Below, one piece after another: positions 49,201 through 62,705 of a DNA stretch of 64,000 nt. Below the pieces are notes generated by a model that did no database searches, was not told the origin of the DNA, and was given only the letters and a program-made list of their open reading frames with translations. Position numbers and translations under genes: made by a program. The stretch comes from Mobula hypostoma (taxonomy: Eukaryota), in assembly GCF_963921235.1 (NCBI RefSeq), contig NC_086109.1:16370001-16434000 (forward strand). Reading direction: 5' to 3'. How positions within the stretch are numbered: position 1 is the first letter of the stretch; each line of letters starts with the position of its first letter.

Positions 49201-49780
49201 ATCTTCAGAATACTTTTTCCTCATATGAACTATGCTATTACTAACAGAGCAAAACACCTCCATTTATTTTGACCCATTTGAATTGCCATACATAATACAT
49301 TATGAATTATTGCTAATTAACCACTCTTAGTCAAATAAACCAACCCTTTTGGATTATTTTTCTCATCATTAGGGTTTTCTGATTCCACAGAGAAGGCTTC
49401 TCATTCAGTGGTTAAATCATTCCATGCTCTTCTGAGATGGTTTAATTCACTAAACTTCAGAATTTCTATCTTGAGATTTCTCCATCTGTCTCTCTTAATT
49501 CTGACAAGACCCTTTTCAGAGCCTGCATTCTTGGCAAAGCTCTTAATAGTTCTCTATATAGTGAGGTATTAGGTGTTTTCTAATTATGCTACCTGTGAAA
49601 TGCTTTGTGACATTTGTGTCTATAAAATGCAGTCGTGCTTTTGGTTGTGTTGTCCTTGGATGGGATGGGTAGAACAAAGGAATTGATATTAGTTTACTAC
49701 TGTCACATATACAGATAAACACTGAAAAACGTAATTTTGCAAGCCAACCATAATTTCAAAACATAAATACATTAAGGTTA

Positions 49781-50078
49781 GGGCAGCACATTAGCATAGT
49801 GGTTAGCACAATGCTTTACAGTACCAGGGACCCAGGTTCATTTCCTGTCACTGCCTGTAAGGAGTTTGTACGTTTTCCCCCGTGAACGCAATGGGTTTCC
49901 TCCGGGTGCTCCGGTTTCCTCCCACAGTCCAAACGCGTATCGGTTGGTAGGTTGATTGGTCATTGTAAATTGTCCAGCATTAGGCTAGGGTTAAATCAGG
50001 CGATTGCTGGGCGGCGCGGCTCAAAGGGCCAAAAGGGTCTATACTGTGGCTGTATCTCAATAAATATGTAAATAAATA
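49781..50078 (+). mobile_element. HE1-type V-SINE, full length
   Basis: gggcagcac head, A/B boxes, V-domain gggtttcctccgggtgctccggtttcctcccacagtccaaa, tail tgtatctcaataaata. Confidence 0.9.
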
Positions 50079-53000
50079 TTCAAATCTTAATTTTACATTG
50101 CATCAAATGTTGATTCTGAACCTTTGCTTCAGTTCACTGGAAACTCACCCAATGTCTTCAAGCCATTTTGATTCTTTCATTCAGAGATTTGCAATCCAGA
50201 CAGTGACAGGAAATGAACCTGGGTCACTGGTACTGTAAAGCATTGTGCTAACGACTATGCTAATGTGCCACCCTAACCTTAATGTATTTATGTTTTGAAA
50301 TTATGGTTGGCTTGCAAAATTACATTTTTCACCTTAACCTTCGAAGTGACCTTTGCAGTCATGTTACCTCAAACGAATGAAAGCATCCGACAATCAGTTT
50401 AAAGCTCCTGTTCCTTTCCATTTACTTCTCTTCTGATGGTGACTTTTGAAGCAATTAACTGTCCAATCTTTGGAGCATGAAGATATAGATTGAGCGTATT
50501 GTTACTGGCTGGAAACAGACTTGAGTTTATTTGCCTCCACACATGTTGCAGGAAAGTAACTTGATGATTGAGCAAAAGCACTAGTGAATGCATAAGAGCA
50601 AGAACTGACCTCAGTTTGACTCATTAAGTGTTTCATGACCTGGTGCTCTGAAAGGACCATCTTTCCTCTCCTCTTCTTCAATAAAAACTGATGATGCTAA
50701 ACTATTGTTATTACAGATTCTGTCAAAGCCACAGTTTTGCAAGTTTTATGACCCAAAGCAATCATGTTGGTAGGTTAACTAGCCATTATAAATTGCCGAT
50801 ATTGTGGAGTTGAGTGGTTGGAATCAGTGTGGGAGCTTAGAGGATTGTAGATGGTATTGGTGATGTCATACCTGGAGTGAAATGCACAGAATTTGTCCCT
50901 TTATCTACAAAGGAGGTACTGGCATTGGAAGCAGTCCAAAGTACATTCATTAGTCTCTGCAATGAGAGAGGCTAAAGACATTAAATCTATATCCTTTAAA
51001 CCTTAGAGAGGGGGTTCCCAACTTCTTTGTTCCATGGACCGAGAGACCCATGGACCTTAGACTGGGAACCCCTGCTCTAGAGGAATAGTAGGTATCCAAC
51101 TGTACAACATTCAGAAGGGGCAGGGTCGATGTTGTGGTGTTTGCACCAATGAGAGAAGCTTGAAAGAGGGCACGTAGTTACAAGCTGAAAGGGTGATCAT
51201 TTAAAACTGAGTTGGGTAGGAACTTCCTGCAAAGGGGGTGAAGCTCTGAAATTCTCTATTCCAGAGAGCTGGGAGACCAGTTAACTGGGACTACTTAAAG
51301 TAGGGGTAAATACATTTGTGAAAAATCAGGGAGTTGAAGGCTGTAAGGAACTGACACATTTTAGGAGATGAGACCTGGGCAGATTATATTGATGAGTATT
51401 GAGATTGTAATGATGAATGGCACAGTATTGTAGCGTTTAGTGCAACAGTGTTACAGGACCAATAACCCTGGTTCAAGCCCCGCCACTGTGACCACGTTGG
51501 TTTCCTCTGGATGCTCCAGTTTCCTCCCAAATTCCAAAGACGTACGGGTTAGTAGGTTAGTAGCTCAATTGGGTGGCATGGACTTACTGGGCTAGAAGGG
51601 CCTGTTACTGAGCTGTGCCTCTAAATAAGTGGCCAAATCCTGTTCCTATTTTTGTATGTTAAGGAGTCATACAGCCCACTGAGTCCATGTTAACCAACAC
51701 TATTTATACTAATTGCTCACTGCAGTGTTCAATTAACTTACCAATCTGCATATCTTTAGGATGTGGGAGGAAACCCAGTCAAATCCCACTGTTATCAGTC
51801 TCTTGGATGGAGCTCTGGTATGACAAGATGGACTCTTGACCTCACAATCTACCTCTTTATGATCTTGCACCTTATTGTCTACCCGCACTGCACTTTCTCT
51901 GTAGCTGTTACACTTTATTCTACGTTATGTTATTGTTTTACCTTGTTCTACCTCAGCGCATGATCTGTATGAACAGTGTGCTAGACAAGCTTTTCACTGT
52001 GCCTTGGTACATGTGACAATAATATACCAATATCAATGTTGTCACAGAGACAACGTGTCAGCCAGGGGTTCCCAACCTTCTTTTATGCCATGGATCCCTA
52101 CCTTTAACCGCGAGGTCTGTGGACCCCAGGTTAGGAATTTCTGGTGTAAACTCTACACAGATAGCACCGAAGGTCAGGATTGAACCCGAGTTGCTGGAAC
52201 TGTGAAGTGGTAGCTCTACCAGCTGTGCCTTTGGGCTACCCTTGTGTTCTTGCGTAATCAAATGGAATTAGTGTCAATGGTCAACACAGACTGAATGGCC
52301 TGTTGGGGCTTGGTCACTCATGTCATGGAAAGTGGACTTCCAAGGTTCTCCATTTGTTTCCTGTATGAACTGAGTGTACTCACACACTGAATCACAGTGT
52401 GATAATGTGACAGACAGAAATGCTATACCTCACCCACCTGGTAGCCAGCAGGTGAGTTAACCATTGGAACTTGATTCCATTTGGGACAGGAAGCTTATTT
52501 GTTCAGGAGGCATAGTGTCATAGAGCACTACAGGACTTTCAGCACATCTATTTCATGCTGACCTGTTCTTCTGCCTAGTCCCATCTACCCAGACCCAGGC
52601 GATAGCTCTCCCATCCCATGTACCTATCCAAACTTCTCTTAAATGTTGAAATTGAACTCACATTCTCCACTTGCGATTGCCAATTCATTCCACACTTTCA
52701 CCACCCTCTGACTGAAGAAGTTCTCCCTCATGTTTCCCTTAAATAGCTCACCTTTCACTGTAAACCTATGACTCACTCAGCCTGAGGAACCTACCTAGTA
52801 ATTCTTTGTTGCACTCACTCCATCGCAAGTTATGTCTTTCCTCAAGTAGGGGAGTTGTATTTGCATAGAATATTCTAAATTCTTTTTCACTGGAGGCCTC
52901 AATAATTTCAGAGGAACACCTTTGATCTTGTGCACAAGTCTTCTTACACTAAACCCACTGTGCTAATTTTTTTCCTAATTGCCTGATAAACTTGCATATT

Positions 53001-53630
53001 CACTTTATCATGTACAGGGTCACCCATGTCCATCTGAACACCAAACTCTTTTGCCATTTATAATCATTCTGCTTCTCTGTGTGGATGAGATTGTATTTTT
53101 CCATCGGGCGTTCTAGGTTTATGATAAGTTACAAATATATATTTTATTTCTTTTGCAGATTTACAGATTAAATCTCAATTCAGACCATCATCATAGAAGT
53201 TAAATCCATATTCTCTGGACTACTAACTTAGCAACAATACCATACACAAATAAATTCCTTTCAATGTCTTTAAGAAAAGCATGCAGAGTCAACAAAATAA
53301 TTTCTTGATTATTGATCAGGCTGGAAGCTGGTTCCGAATAGGCTATCGATTGACACGGGGCTGATATTTGCATAGTGTAATGATTCTGTTGAAATTCAGT
53401 ATTGAATTGTGAGATATTGATCAGTTCAGATTGCAGTGTTCAACATGGTATTTATGTGAACAGCTATCAATAGATTGCTAACTCTAATGGTCCTTGGGAG
53501 TGCAGCCTGTGTTCTGAACTGGGATTTTTCTGTGTTAGTCACCATAGAAGTTCTAGATTTAGGTGAAGTGCACCCTGTCATCTCACATCCTACCTCCTCT
53601 AGACTGGTGTAAGCTAAGGAAATAGATATA

Positions 53631-54189
53631 CATAGAGGCCACTTTATTAGGTACACCTGTACACCTGCTCATTAATACAAATATCTAATCAGCTAATCAT
53701 GTGGCAGCAACTCAATGCAGTAAAGCATGCAGACATGGTCAAGAGGTTCATTTGGTGATCAGACCAAACATCAGAATGGGGAAGAAGTGCGATCCAAGTA
53801 ATTTTGACTGTGGAATGATTGTTGGTGCCAGACGGAATGGTTTGAATGTGTCAGAAACTGATGATCTCTTGGGATTTTCACGCAGAACAGCTTCGAGAGT
53901 TTACATAGAATAGTGTGAAAACCAAAACAACATCCAGTGAGCGGCAGTTCTGTGGGTGAAAACATCTTTTAATGAGAGAGATCAGAGGAGAATGGCCAGA
54001 TTGGTTCAAGCTGACAGGAAGGCGACCATAACTCAAATAACCATGCATTGGTGTGGAGAAGAGCGTCTTTAAATGTACAGCACTTCGAACCTTGAAGTGT
54101 ATGGGCTACAACAGCAGAAGACCCCAAACATACACTCATTGACAACTTTATTAGGTACAAGAGGTACTTAATAAAGTGGCCACTGGATG
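53631..54189 (+). mobile_element. Tc1/mariner internally deleted DNA transposon
   Basis: TIRs ggccactttattagg / taataaagtggcc flanked by TA; transposase N-terminus MGKKCD...GMIVGARRNGLNVSETDDLLGFSRRTASRVY from 53776. Confidence 0.88.
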
Positions 54190-55571
54190 TAGACATTATG
54201 GGCTACTCTTTGTAGCTGGAATATTTGCAATCTGTGCCAGGACAGTCTGCATTGTCTCCTATTCCCTAGTGTCCAAGGACATATTTCCCTCTGAATTAAT
54301 TTGTTTAGCAGGTGGTTTTACCAACTGAGTGGGATTAGAACGAGGATCAAAACCAGTGTTGTACCTCAGTCTGTGATGGGAGCACTAATCCAGGCTTCTG
54401 TTTGGTCACAAATGTAGAAAACTAACAGCCGTACGTGTCCAGCTGATCTATCAAACTGAGCACAGCCCATCATTGTCGCTAAGCACTTCGGATCATCAGC
54501 CACCTCCAAAGCCTTGTGAAAGGCAAGATCCTCTGGTGTATATATATAAAAATAATCCAGCCAAAAAGCAGAAAGTTAGAATTCAGCACCAAAATGGAAA
54601 GTAGAATTGTGCTGAATTGTTCCACTGAAGAACCCAACCTGGAAATCAATGTAGCAAATTATAAAACTCAAGTAATGCTTCCAGGATTTTTGCTTCTGTA
54701 TGTTGCAGTCAAGCAAGAACCAGTGCAGGTCCTGCTGGGAGGCACCTTCAGTGAAAAAGAAATCACATTTCTCAGTAATCAGCAGTTTCCTGGAGACACA
54801 AGATGCCGGTGTTTGGAGCTACCAAAAGAAAACTGCAGGAGAAATTCAGCAGGTCAGGCAACAGCTGAGGAGAGAGATAGACAGCCAACATTCTGGGTTG
54901 ATGCCCTTTTCTGCTGATCCTCACTGCTATACACGTAAACTCCAACCTTTCCTTCCCACATCCACCTCAGCTAGTCAGCACCCACTGGAGCCAGAGTAAT
55001 TAAGCTGGAGTGGGGGACCAATTTACCCACTACTTTTAAGTTATGGTGGGTTCCCAAGTTGGTAGAATCTGCTTTAAAACATTAAATTAAGTGGAACTGA
55101 AAGAAGCCAAATTGACCTATCCGGCCCATGCCAGATGCTTTGATTCAGCAAACAAATTATTCCACAAATCTGCTCCTTTTCCTGAGCCGAGCAAAGTTTG
55201 CCCATCCGATGTTTATTACTTCGTAAATTTTATAGTCAAATATTCCTCCACCATCCTTTCAGGTGATTTAAAGACGAGTTTCTTCATGTTTCTTCATGTT
55301 ATCTCTGAGTATTTTGTCAAATATTAGTGTTTCTAGTTATCAACCTTTCTACCACTGGAAGCAATTTCTCAAATTTCCACCATTAAGACTTCAACTTAAA
55401 GCTTGCTCTTAATTTTCTCTCCTCTTGAGAACAGCCTCAGTTTCTCTGGTCTCTCCTCATAGCTGAAGTATCTACCTCTGCAGTATTGTCACCTGGACCT
55501 ATTTCTAAGGTGTGCACCCCTGAATTAACATTCTTCCCAAAGTGTGCTGGTGTAAATGAGCAGAGATTTCC

Positions 55572-55703
55572 TGTCCTGCCGAAGAGTTTCGGTCCAAAAC
55601 ATTGACTGTACTTTTTTCCATAGATGCTTCCTGGCCTGCTGAGTTCCTCGAGCATCTTGTGTGTGTTGCTTAGATTTCCAGCATCTGCAGATTTTCTCTT
55701 GGT
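55572..55703 (+). mobile_element. Solo PLE pLTR end starting at the hammerhead
   Basis: 10-bp TSD agagatttcc at 55562-55571 and 55704-55713. Confidence 0.85.
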
Positions 55704-55999
55704 AGAGATTTCCAGAAGGGCCCTCACCAGTGTAGTGCTATTGGCAATATAATATACCCACTGCCCAGTAAAATAAAACGACAACTTGTCTTATCACAGA
55801 TCTCCCCATTATTTTCCTCTTCACTGCACCTTACAACTCCTGATTTTTTTTTCTGATAAATGTTTCTTGACCAGTTTCACTACAGATGCTGCCTGACCCA
55901 TTGAATATTTCCAACATTTTATGTTCCTCACTTTGGACGGGGATGCTTCTATGCAAATCATTGAATATTTTCTGTCTTTTCTAAATTAGAGTCACACTG

Positions 56000-57440
56000 G
56001 ATTGAATCAGGCCCTTTGGCCCAACTCGTCCATACCAGCTTGCCCAATGAGCTAGTTCCATCTGCCTGTGTTTAGCCCATAATCCTCTAAACCTCTCCTA
56101 TCCATATACTTATCTAGATGGCTTTGTTAAATGTTACTAATGTGCCTGCCTCAACCACTGTTTCTGGCAGTTCATTCCAAATATGCATCATCTTTTGCAT
56201 GAAGAAGTTACCCAATGTCCCTTCTACCTTCTCACTTCTTACTTTAAACTTCTGCCCTCTTGTTTTTTTTTTGGCATCCCCTCCCTGAGAAATGGACAAT
56301 GGTCTTTACCCTGTATACAGTGTGTCCATCATGATCTTAGATCCCTCTGTCAGGGACTCTCTCAGTCTCCTAAGTTCCAGGGAATAAAACCCTAGACTAC
56401 ACAACCTCTCCTTGTAGCTCAGGACCCCAAGTCCAGGCAGAATCCTAATCAACACGAGAAAGCCTGCATGTGTTGGAAATCCAAAGCTACGCACACACAA
56501 AGCTGCAGGAACTCAGATGCTGCCTGACCTGCTATGCAAATAAACAAACAGTAGATGTCTTGGGCTCAGACCCCTCCCCAGGGCTGAAAAGGAAGGGGAA
56601 GGTTGCCAGAATAAAAAGTTGTGGTGAGGGGGAGCATCTTAATAAATTTTTCTGTACTCTTTCTAGTTTACTAATATCTCTCCTATAACAGGGTACAAGA
56701 ACTGTACACATTACTCTCAGTGCGGCCTCATCCGCATCTTATTTAAATGCAATATAACTTTGCAACTCCATGACCCAATGCCCTGACTGATGAAGGCCAG
56801 CATGCGGAATCCCCATCACACCATCCTATCTGCCTGTCACACTGCTTTCAGTGAACAATGCACTTCCTCTCCGAGGTTCATCTGTTCTATTTCATTCCCC
56901 AGGGCCCTGCCCTTCTCTGTATAAGACCTAAGCTACACAAACATAAAAGTTGCTGGTGAACGCAGCAGGCCAGGCAGCATCTCTAGGAAGAGGTACAGTT
57001 GATGTTTCGGGCCGAGACCCTTCGTCAGGACTTCGTCGGGTCTCGGCCCGAAACGTCGACTGTACCTCTTTCTAGAGATGCTGCCTGGCCCTCTGCGTTC
57101 ACCAGCAACTTTTATGTGTTGCTTGAAACTCCAGCATCTGCAGATTTCCTCGTGACCTATAAGACCTATGCTGTTTTATCTTCCAAAATGCAGTATTTCA
57201 CATCTATATGGATTAAAAGCTATTTGCCAGTCCTCAGCCCATGTATCTGACTGATTAAGATCCCACCACAACTCTTCATAAGCTAGAGCACCAATTATTA
57301 TAGTGTCATCCACAAACTTACTAACTGTGCATTGTATATACACATGCAAAGTGTTTTTATAATTACAAACCACAAAGTCCCCAGCACCGGTGCCTGTGGC
57401 ACACCACTAGACACAAACTTCCAGCGTGAAACCATAAACC
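56000..57440 (-). mobile_element. Degenerate CR1/HER1 LINE with two PLE insertions
   Basis: VSSGVPQAPVLG, SKFVDDT, WQIAFNPYRCEILHFGR, YKERL...LELRRLR. Confidence 0.8.
56935..57157 (+). mobile_element. Short palindromic PLE pLTR-derived insertion
   Basis: Inverted arms meeting at the hammerhead; TSD tataagaccta(a/t)gct at 56920-56934 and 57158-57172. Confidence 0.9.
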
Positions 57441-59968
57441 CACAGTCAATACCTATGTGCCATTGGCTATTATTTAGAAACTTCATAGGTAACTTTTACT
57501 TTCTATTAATTATGAAATTTTATTTCAAGCAATGAAATTCTGGATTCCCCTTCTCACGCACTTCCTCTTTCATTCTTCACTGCCCTCGCTACTTACTCTT
57601 TCACCCTTCATAAATGCAAGAGACTGTGCAGATACTGAGACCAGCATACTTTAGGTCTGTGGCTGAGGTGTGAATGGGAATGCCTTTAGGTTCATTAACC
57701 TAAATGGATGTATCTGAGCCCCTCCATCAGCCCGCAAATAACAAATTTAGATGTGTCATTTGACATGAAAGCCATTCCAAGCCCCTGGGTTTGGTTCCAG
57801 TTGGTGAGCCATTGCCAACAGGAACATAACCCTGGGATTTGGATGGATAATATGATGAATATGTAGTCAGCTGGATTGAACATGGCAAATATGCAAATGG
57901 TTATTGACTGTTGGAGGCATTTATATGCTTCCATTCAGAATAATGAATACTTAAAAACTGAGCCGGGACTTAAATCAAATTTGGATATTCTCTTAAATAA
58001 TGATGGCAAATTCAAATCGTTTATGTCATTTGAACCTTCAAATAAGATTCTTGTCTTGAAATCATTCCTTATGTCTGTTAATTCTTCTTCTATATTCTAT
58101 TTTTTACTAATGATAGATATTGTTGAAGGGCTTCATCCAGGGTGATTCTAACACAACAGGATTAATAATCCAGATAAAACCAGAGTGTTTACAGAATAAT
58201 TGAGTTCTCAAGCAATAACACTAATAACAATTAGTGTCATTCCCTCATGCCTCAAATGGGTATGAACAACTTCCTCCTATTGTCATTTTCAATGACCTGG
58301 AGTCAACATAAAAATGAAAGAGTCACAGGGAAGTCTTTGGTCGTCAGAAAGCAAATGATTAATGGCAGGTTCCTAATGCTGCAGAACACTACCCTGTCCC
58401 GGAGGCATCGTTTACTACACGTATCAGACAAAGAAAGCACACCAGAGTTAATTATCGCATGAGAATGATGCTGAATGACAGCGGGAGAAACATCAGTGAT
58501 GCCAGAAAAAGTCGTGGTTTGGGGGTGGGAGGAGAGAGAGTGAGTTCGGGAGGGCGGAGGAGGTAAAAGGTGAGAAAGCATGCTGATTGTTGGGGCTTAA
58601 TCATAAAACTGTCAGCCAGCTCATTATAAAAGATCTGGAGGGAGAGGGACGGAAGATGCTACAGAAATAGGCTTTTGATATTTTCTCCAGGGATCACCAC
58701 TTTCAGTCTACTAGAGACTTGCATAACCAATAAGAGATTTGAGCCTCTTATAACATGTTATTATTTTCTTTTGATGAGTGGATATTAATTTCACAGAAAG
58801 GGGGAACCTTACACTCTCCGTCACTCAGGACAGAAGGAACTGAGCAGAGCCTATGGGGTTCGCACTGAGACGGAAAGTGCATGCTTTTCCCACTGTATCT
58901 TTGGTGCTGTTGGGGCGTCTCAATGCATTTCACAGCCAATGAACTACCTTGAAGTATTGCTCGCTATCCAATTTACACATTGCAAGCTTCTACAAACAGC
59001 AGTGAACAATAAGAATCAAACCTTTGGCTCAGGTTAGAAAATCTCTTAATTTGAGTACATAACAATATTTATGCTGGATGAAAATAGTTTGCTACACTGG
59101 GTTAGAGCTTGTTGAGCTATGTTTGATGTAGACCTGGATTTGCATTTAATCCAAGTAGATACAACAGCAGATTTCTTTCCCCAAGGGGCAACACTTCTGC
59201 TTGTATGATAATCAAGTGATGCTATTTTTCATCTCCACATTTTGAAATCTTAGTTCAATTTATTAAACTGTAGTGGCGGATTTTGATGTTAGTTTCTGCA
59301 GATTACTATTGTGTGATGTAAAAACTCTGAGACTGGGCCTGTTGAAATTATGCTGCGTGCTCGTACCCCTTCTGAGTGTGGAATGAGTCTCCTTGTTGAG
59401 CAGGCCTTCGCACACTCCGTTAACACTCACCTTAACTGGTCTCGGTGTGCATTCTTCCACTCTGCAGCCTCTTCTTCCTGACTAGTCTTGTACTGGCTTC
59501 TTCAAGTGCTTCATTCTCAGCACTCCCAGAATCAGGTTTGTTATCACTGGCATATGCCGTGCAGATTATTGTTTTGTCACAGCAGTATAGTACAAGATAT
59601 TAAGATTGCGATAAGTTATGAAAATAAAAAGTACAAAAGATGACTCACATGGGAGTGTTCATAGGCTTGCGGACTGTTCCGAAATATGTTGGTGGAGGGG
59701 AAGATGCTGTTGAGATGTTGAGGGGGTGTCTTCAGGTTCCCCTACCTCCGCTTTGGTGGTAATAATGCAGAGGGCATGCCCCAAATGGCAGGGGGTCTTT
59801 AATGTTGGATGTCATTTCCTTGAGGTACCACCTACTGCTTCTGACCATTTCTCCTCATCAATCCTCAGAAACTCACTGCATGTCTCTTTGTTACTGTTTT
59901 AAAATCTTACCTCACTTTCTTTTCTTCACTTGGCCTTTCTTGGTGAAAAAAGGAATTTAAAATTATGG

Positions 59969-60690
59969 GCAACACACGCAAAATGCTGGGGGAACTCAGC
60001 AGGCCAGGCAGCACCAGTGGAAAAAAATGACTGTCGACGTTTCGGGCCAAAACCCTTCGGCAGGACTGGAGTAAAAACGCTGAGTAGATTTAAAAGGTGG
60101 GGGAGGGGAGAGAGATGGGTGAAACCTGGAGGGGGAGGGATGAAGTAAAGAGCTGGGATGTTGATTGGTGAGATGAGGTGAGAGGGAAAAGGGGATGGGA
60201 AATGGAGAGGGCGGGGGGGGGGGGGAAGGCCATCACCAGAAGTTTGAGAAATTGATGTTCATGCTATCAGATTGGAGGCTACTCAAACAGAATATAAGGT
60301 GTTGTTTCTCCAACTTAAGTGTGGCCTCATCACGACAGTGGAGGAGGAATAGAAATGGGAAGTGGAGTTAAAATAGGTGGTGAGATCCCGCTTATTCTGG
60401 CGGACGGAGCGTAGATGCTCAGTGAAGCGGTCTCCCAATCTGCATCAGGTCTGACCAATATACAGGAGGCCACACCGGGAGCACCGAACACAGTATATGA
60501 CCTCAACAGACTCACAGGTGAAGTGTTGCCTCACCTGGAAGGACTGTTCAGGGCCCTGAGTGGTAGTGAGGGAGGAAATGCAGGGGCAGGTGTGGCACTT
60601 TTTCCGCTTGCAAGGATAAGTGCCAGGAGAGAGAGATCAGTGGGGAGGGACGAATGGACAAGGGAGTCGCATAGGGAGCGATCCCTGTGG
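59969..60690 (-). mobile_element. PLE 3' fragment (linker/GIY-YIG remnant, 3' UTR, CUGCCGA hammerhead 60031-60068)
   Basis: Similarity to 1800-2660 and 4470-4830. Confidence 0.88.
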
Positions 60691-61074
60691 ATTTTCTCTT
60701 GCTTGTGGTTTAAAATTATGCACTGTTTGCAGAATTCTGCTTATTTGTCCACTTGGGTTTTTGTAGTTTCGGAGCTGACTGAGGACGCCAATGTGAGAAC
60801 CATATTCTCTACCATAGTGACTGTGCAGATGAATAGTTTTCTGCAATGTATCTGCCTAAATGTATTTTAAATGATGCAATTTTACTTCCTCTGGCAACTC
60901 ATTCCATGTACTCACCATCTTCTGTGTGAAGTACTTGCTCCTCAAGTCCCCCTTAAATTTTTCCCCTTTCATCTTAAAACTTGTTTTGGAATTCCCTACT
61001 CTGAACAAGAGACTTGCCTATGCTTCATTTCTCTTTATAAGCTTTCTTTAAGGCCACAGTTAGACTATTATAAG

Positions 61075-61600
61075 CAGGTTTGGGCCTCTTATCTAAGAAA
61101 ATATGGGCTGGCATTGGAGAAGGTCCATTCATGAGAATGAATCTGAGAAAGAAAGGGTTAACGTATAAGGAGCATTTGATGGCTCTGGGCCTGTACTCAC
61201 TGGTGTTTAGAAGATTAAAGGGGGATCTCATTGAAAGCTATTTAATATTGAAAGACCTGGGTAGATTTTATGTAGAGAGGATGTTTCCTATAGTGGGGGA
61301 GTCCAGGACCAGAGAGCACAGCCTCAGAATAGAAGGAGGTCCCTTTGGAAGAGAGATGAGGAGGAACTTCTTTAGCTAGGGGTGGTGATTCTGTGGAAGT
61401 CATTGCCATGGATGGCTGTGGAGGCCACGTCACTGGGTACACTTATAGCGGAGTTCTTGATTAGTAAGGGCATCAAAGGTTATGGGGAGAGGGCAGGGAG
61501 AAAAGGGTTGAAAGGGATGATAAATCAGTCATAATGGAATGGCTGAACAGACTTGCTGGGCCAAATGGCCCAACTCTGCTCCTGTGTCTTGTGGTCATCA
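61075..61600 (+). mobile_element. CR1/HER1 3' fragment
   Basis: LGLYSLVFRRLKGDLIESY...RRNFFS; CR1 tail. Confidence 0.85.
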
Positions 61601-62705
61601 TTTTAAGATCACCTTCCGCCTCTTGCACTCCAAGGAAAACAGCCCCAGCCTCTCCTTAATACTCAAGCCATCCAGCCCCAGCAACATCCTTTTAATTCTG
61701 TTCTGCACCTTTTCCAGCTTAATGATACCCTTCCTATAGTCAGGTGATCAGAATTGCACACAGTACTCCCAAGTTTGAGTTCGCCTCCATCTTGTGCAGC
61801 TAGTGACCACAAAGAAGTCTTAACAGCCTTAAGTGATCCAGTTTGGTATTTTCAGTGGTGAGTTTTAATGGTATGTAGAGTTAAGCAGAAGGCACAGGGG
61901 ACAACCATTTACCCTTCAAGGCGCATACCTAGGCAATATGGAGGAACGTTGTAATCCCCTTATAAAAACACCTTTCTCTGTGTTGACTTCAAAGTTCAAA
62001 GAAAATTTATTATCAGTGAACGTACCATATATGTTACCTTGAGATTCATTTTCTTGCAGGCATTTACAGGAAAAAAGAGTACAAAGGAATTTTGCAAAGA
62101 TACTATACATAAACAAAGACTGACAAGTAGCCAGTGTGCAAAAGAAGACAAAGTGTGCAAATAAGCAGACTTTAATGTACCAAATACTTCCCAATGGTCT
62201 CAGTGACTGTCATTAAACAGGAAAGGTGGCAACAGTCTATGTTGGAGAAAATAATCAGAGAGAGTGTTTAAGGAAAAGAAGAGGAATGTTTTAGGAATGG
62301 AATTCCATAGTGCAGGCAAACGGAGATGTGCTCATCAGCGATTAGAGGATACATTCAAGGAGACCAGCATTACTGGAGTGGAGATGACTCAGAGGAAGAT
62401 AAGGCAGTAGATAGGAAGCAGAGGAAGGACTGAGTGGGGTTTGAAAACAAGGGCCAGAATTTTAAAGGGGTGCATTTGTTGAACTGGGGGCCAGCAAGAA
62501 AGCCGGACCAGGGATTCATGTGAGTTAACAGAATAATTGGGTCAAATTCCATATCTTGCAGCTGGAAGGATGTTTCTGTCACATCGGGTGCTGCTGCTCA
62601 AGAAAATGCTCCGCTAATCAGTTCAGGGGTAATTAGGGAAGCAACCCTAATCTTAGATGACTGAACCTTGTTCCTAATAGTTATAGTTCATAGGTTTACG
62701 GAGTC

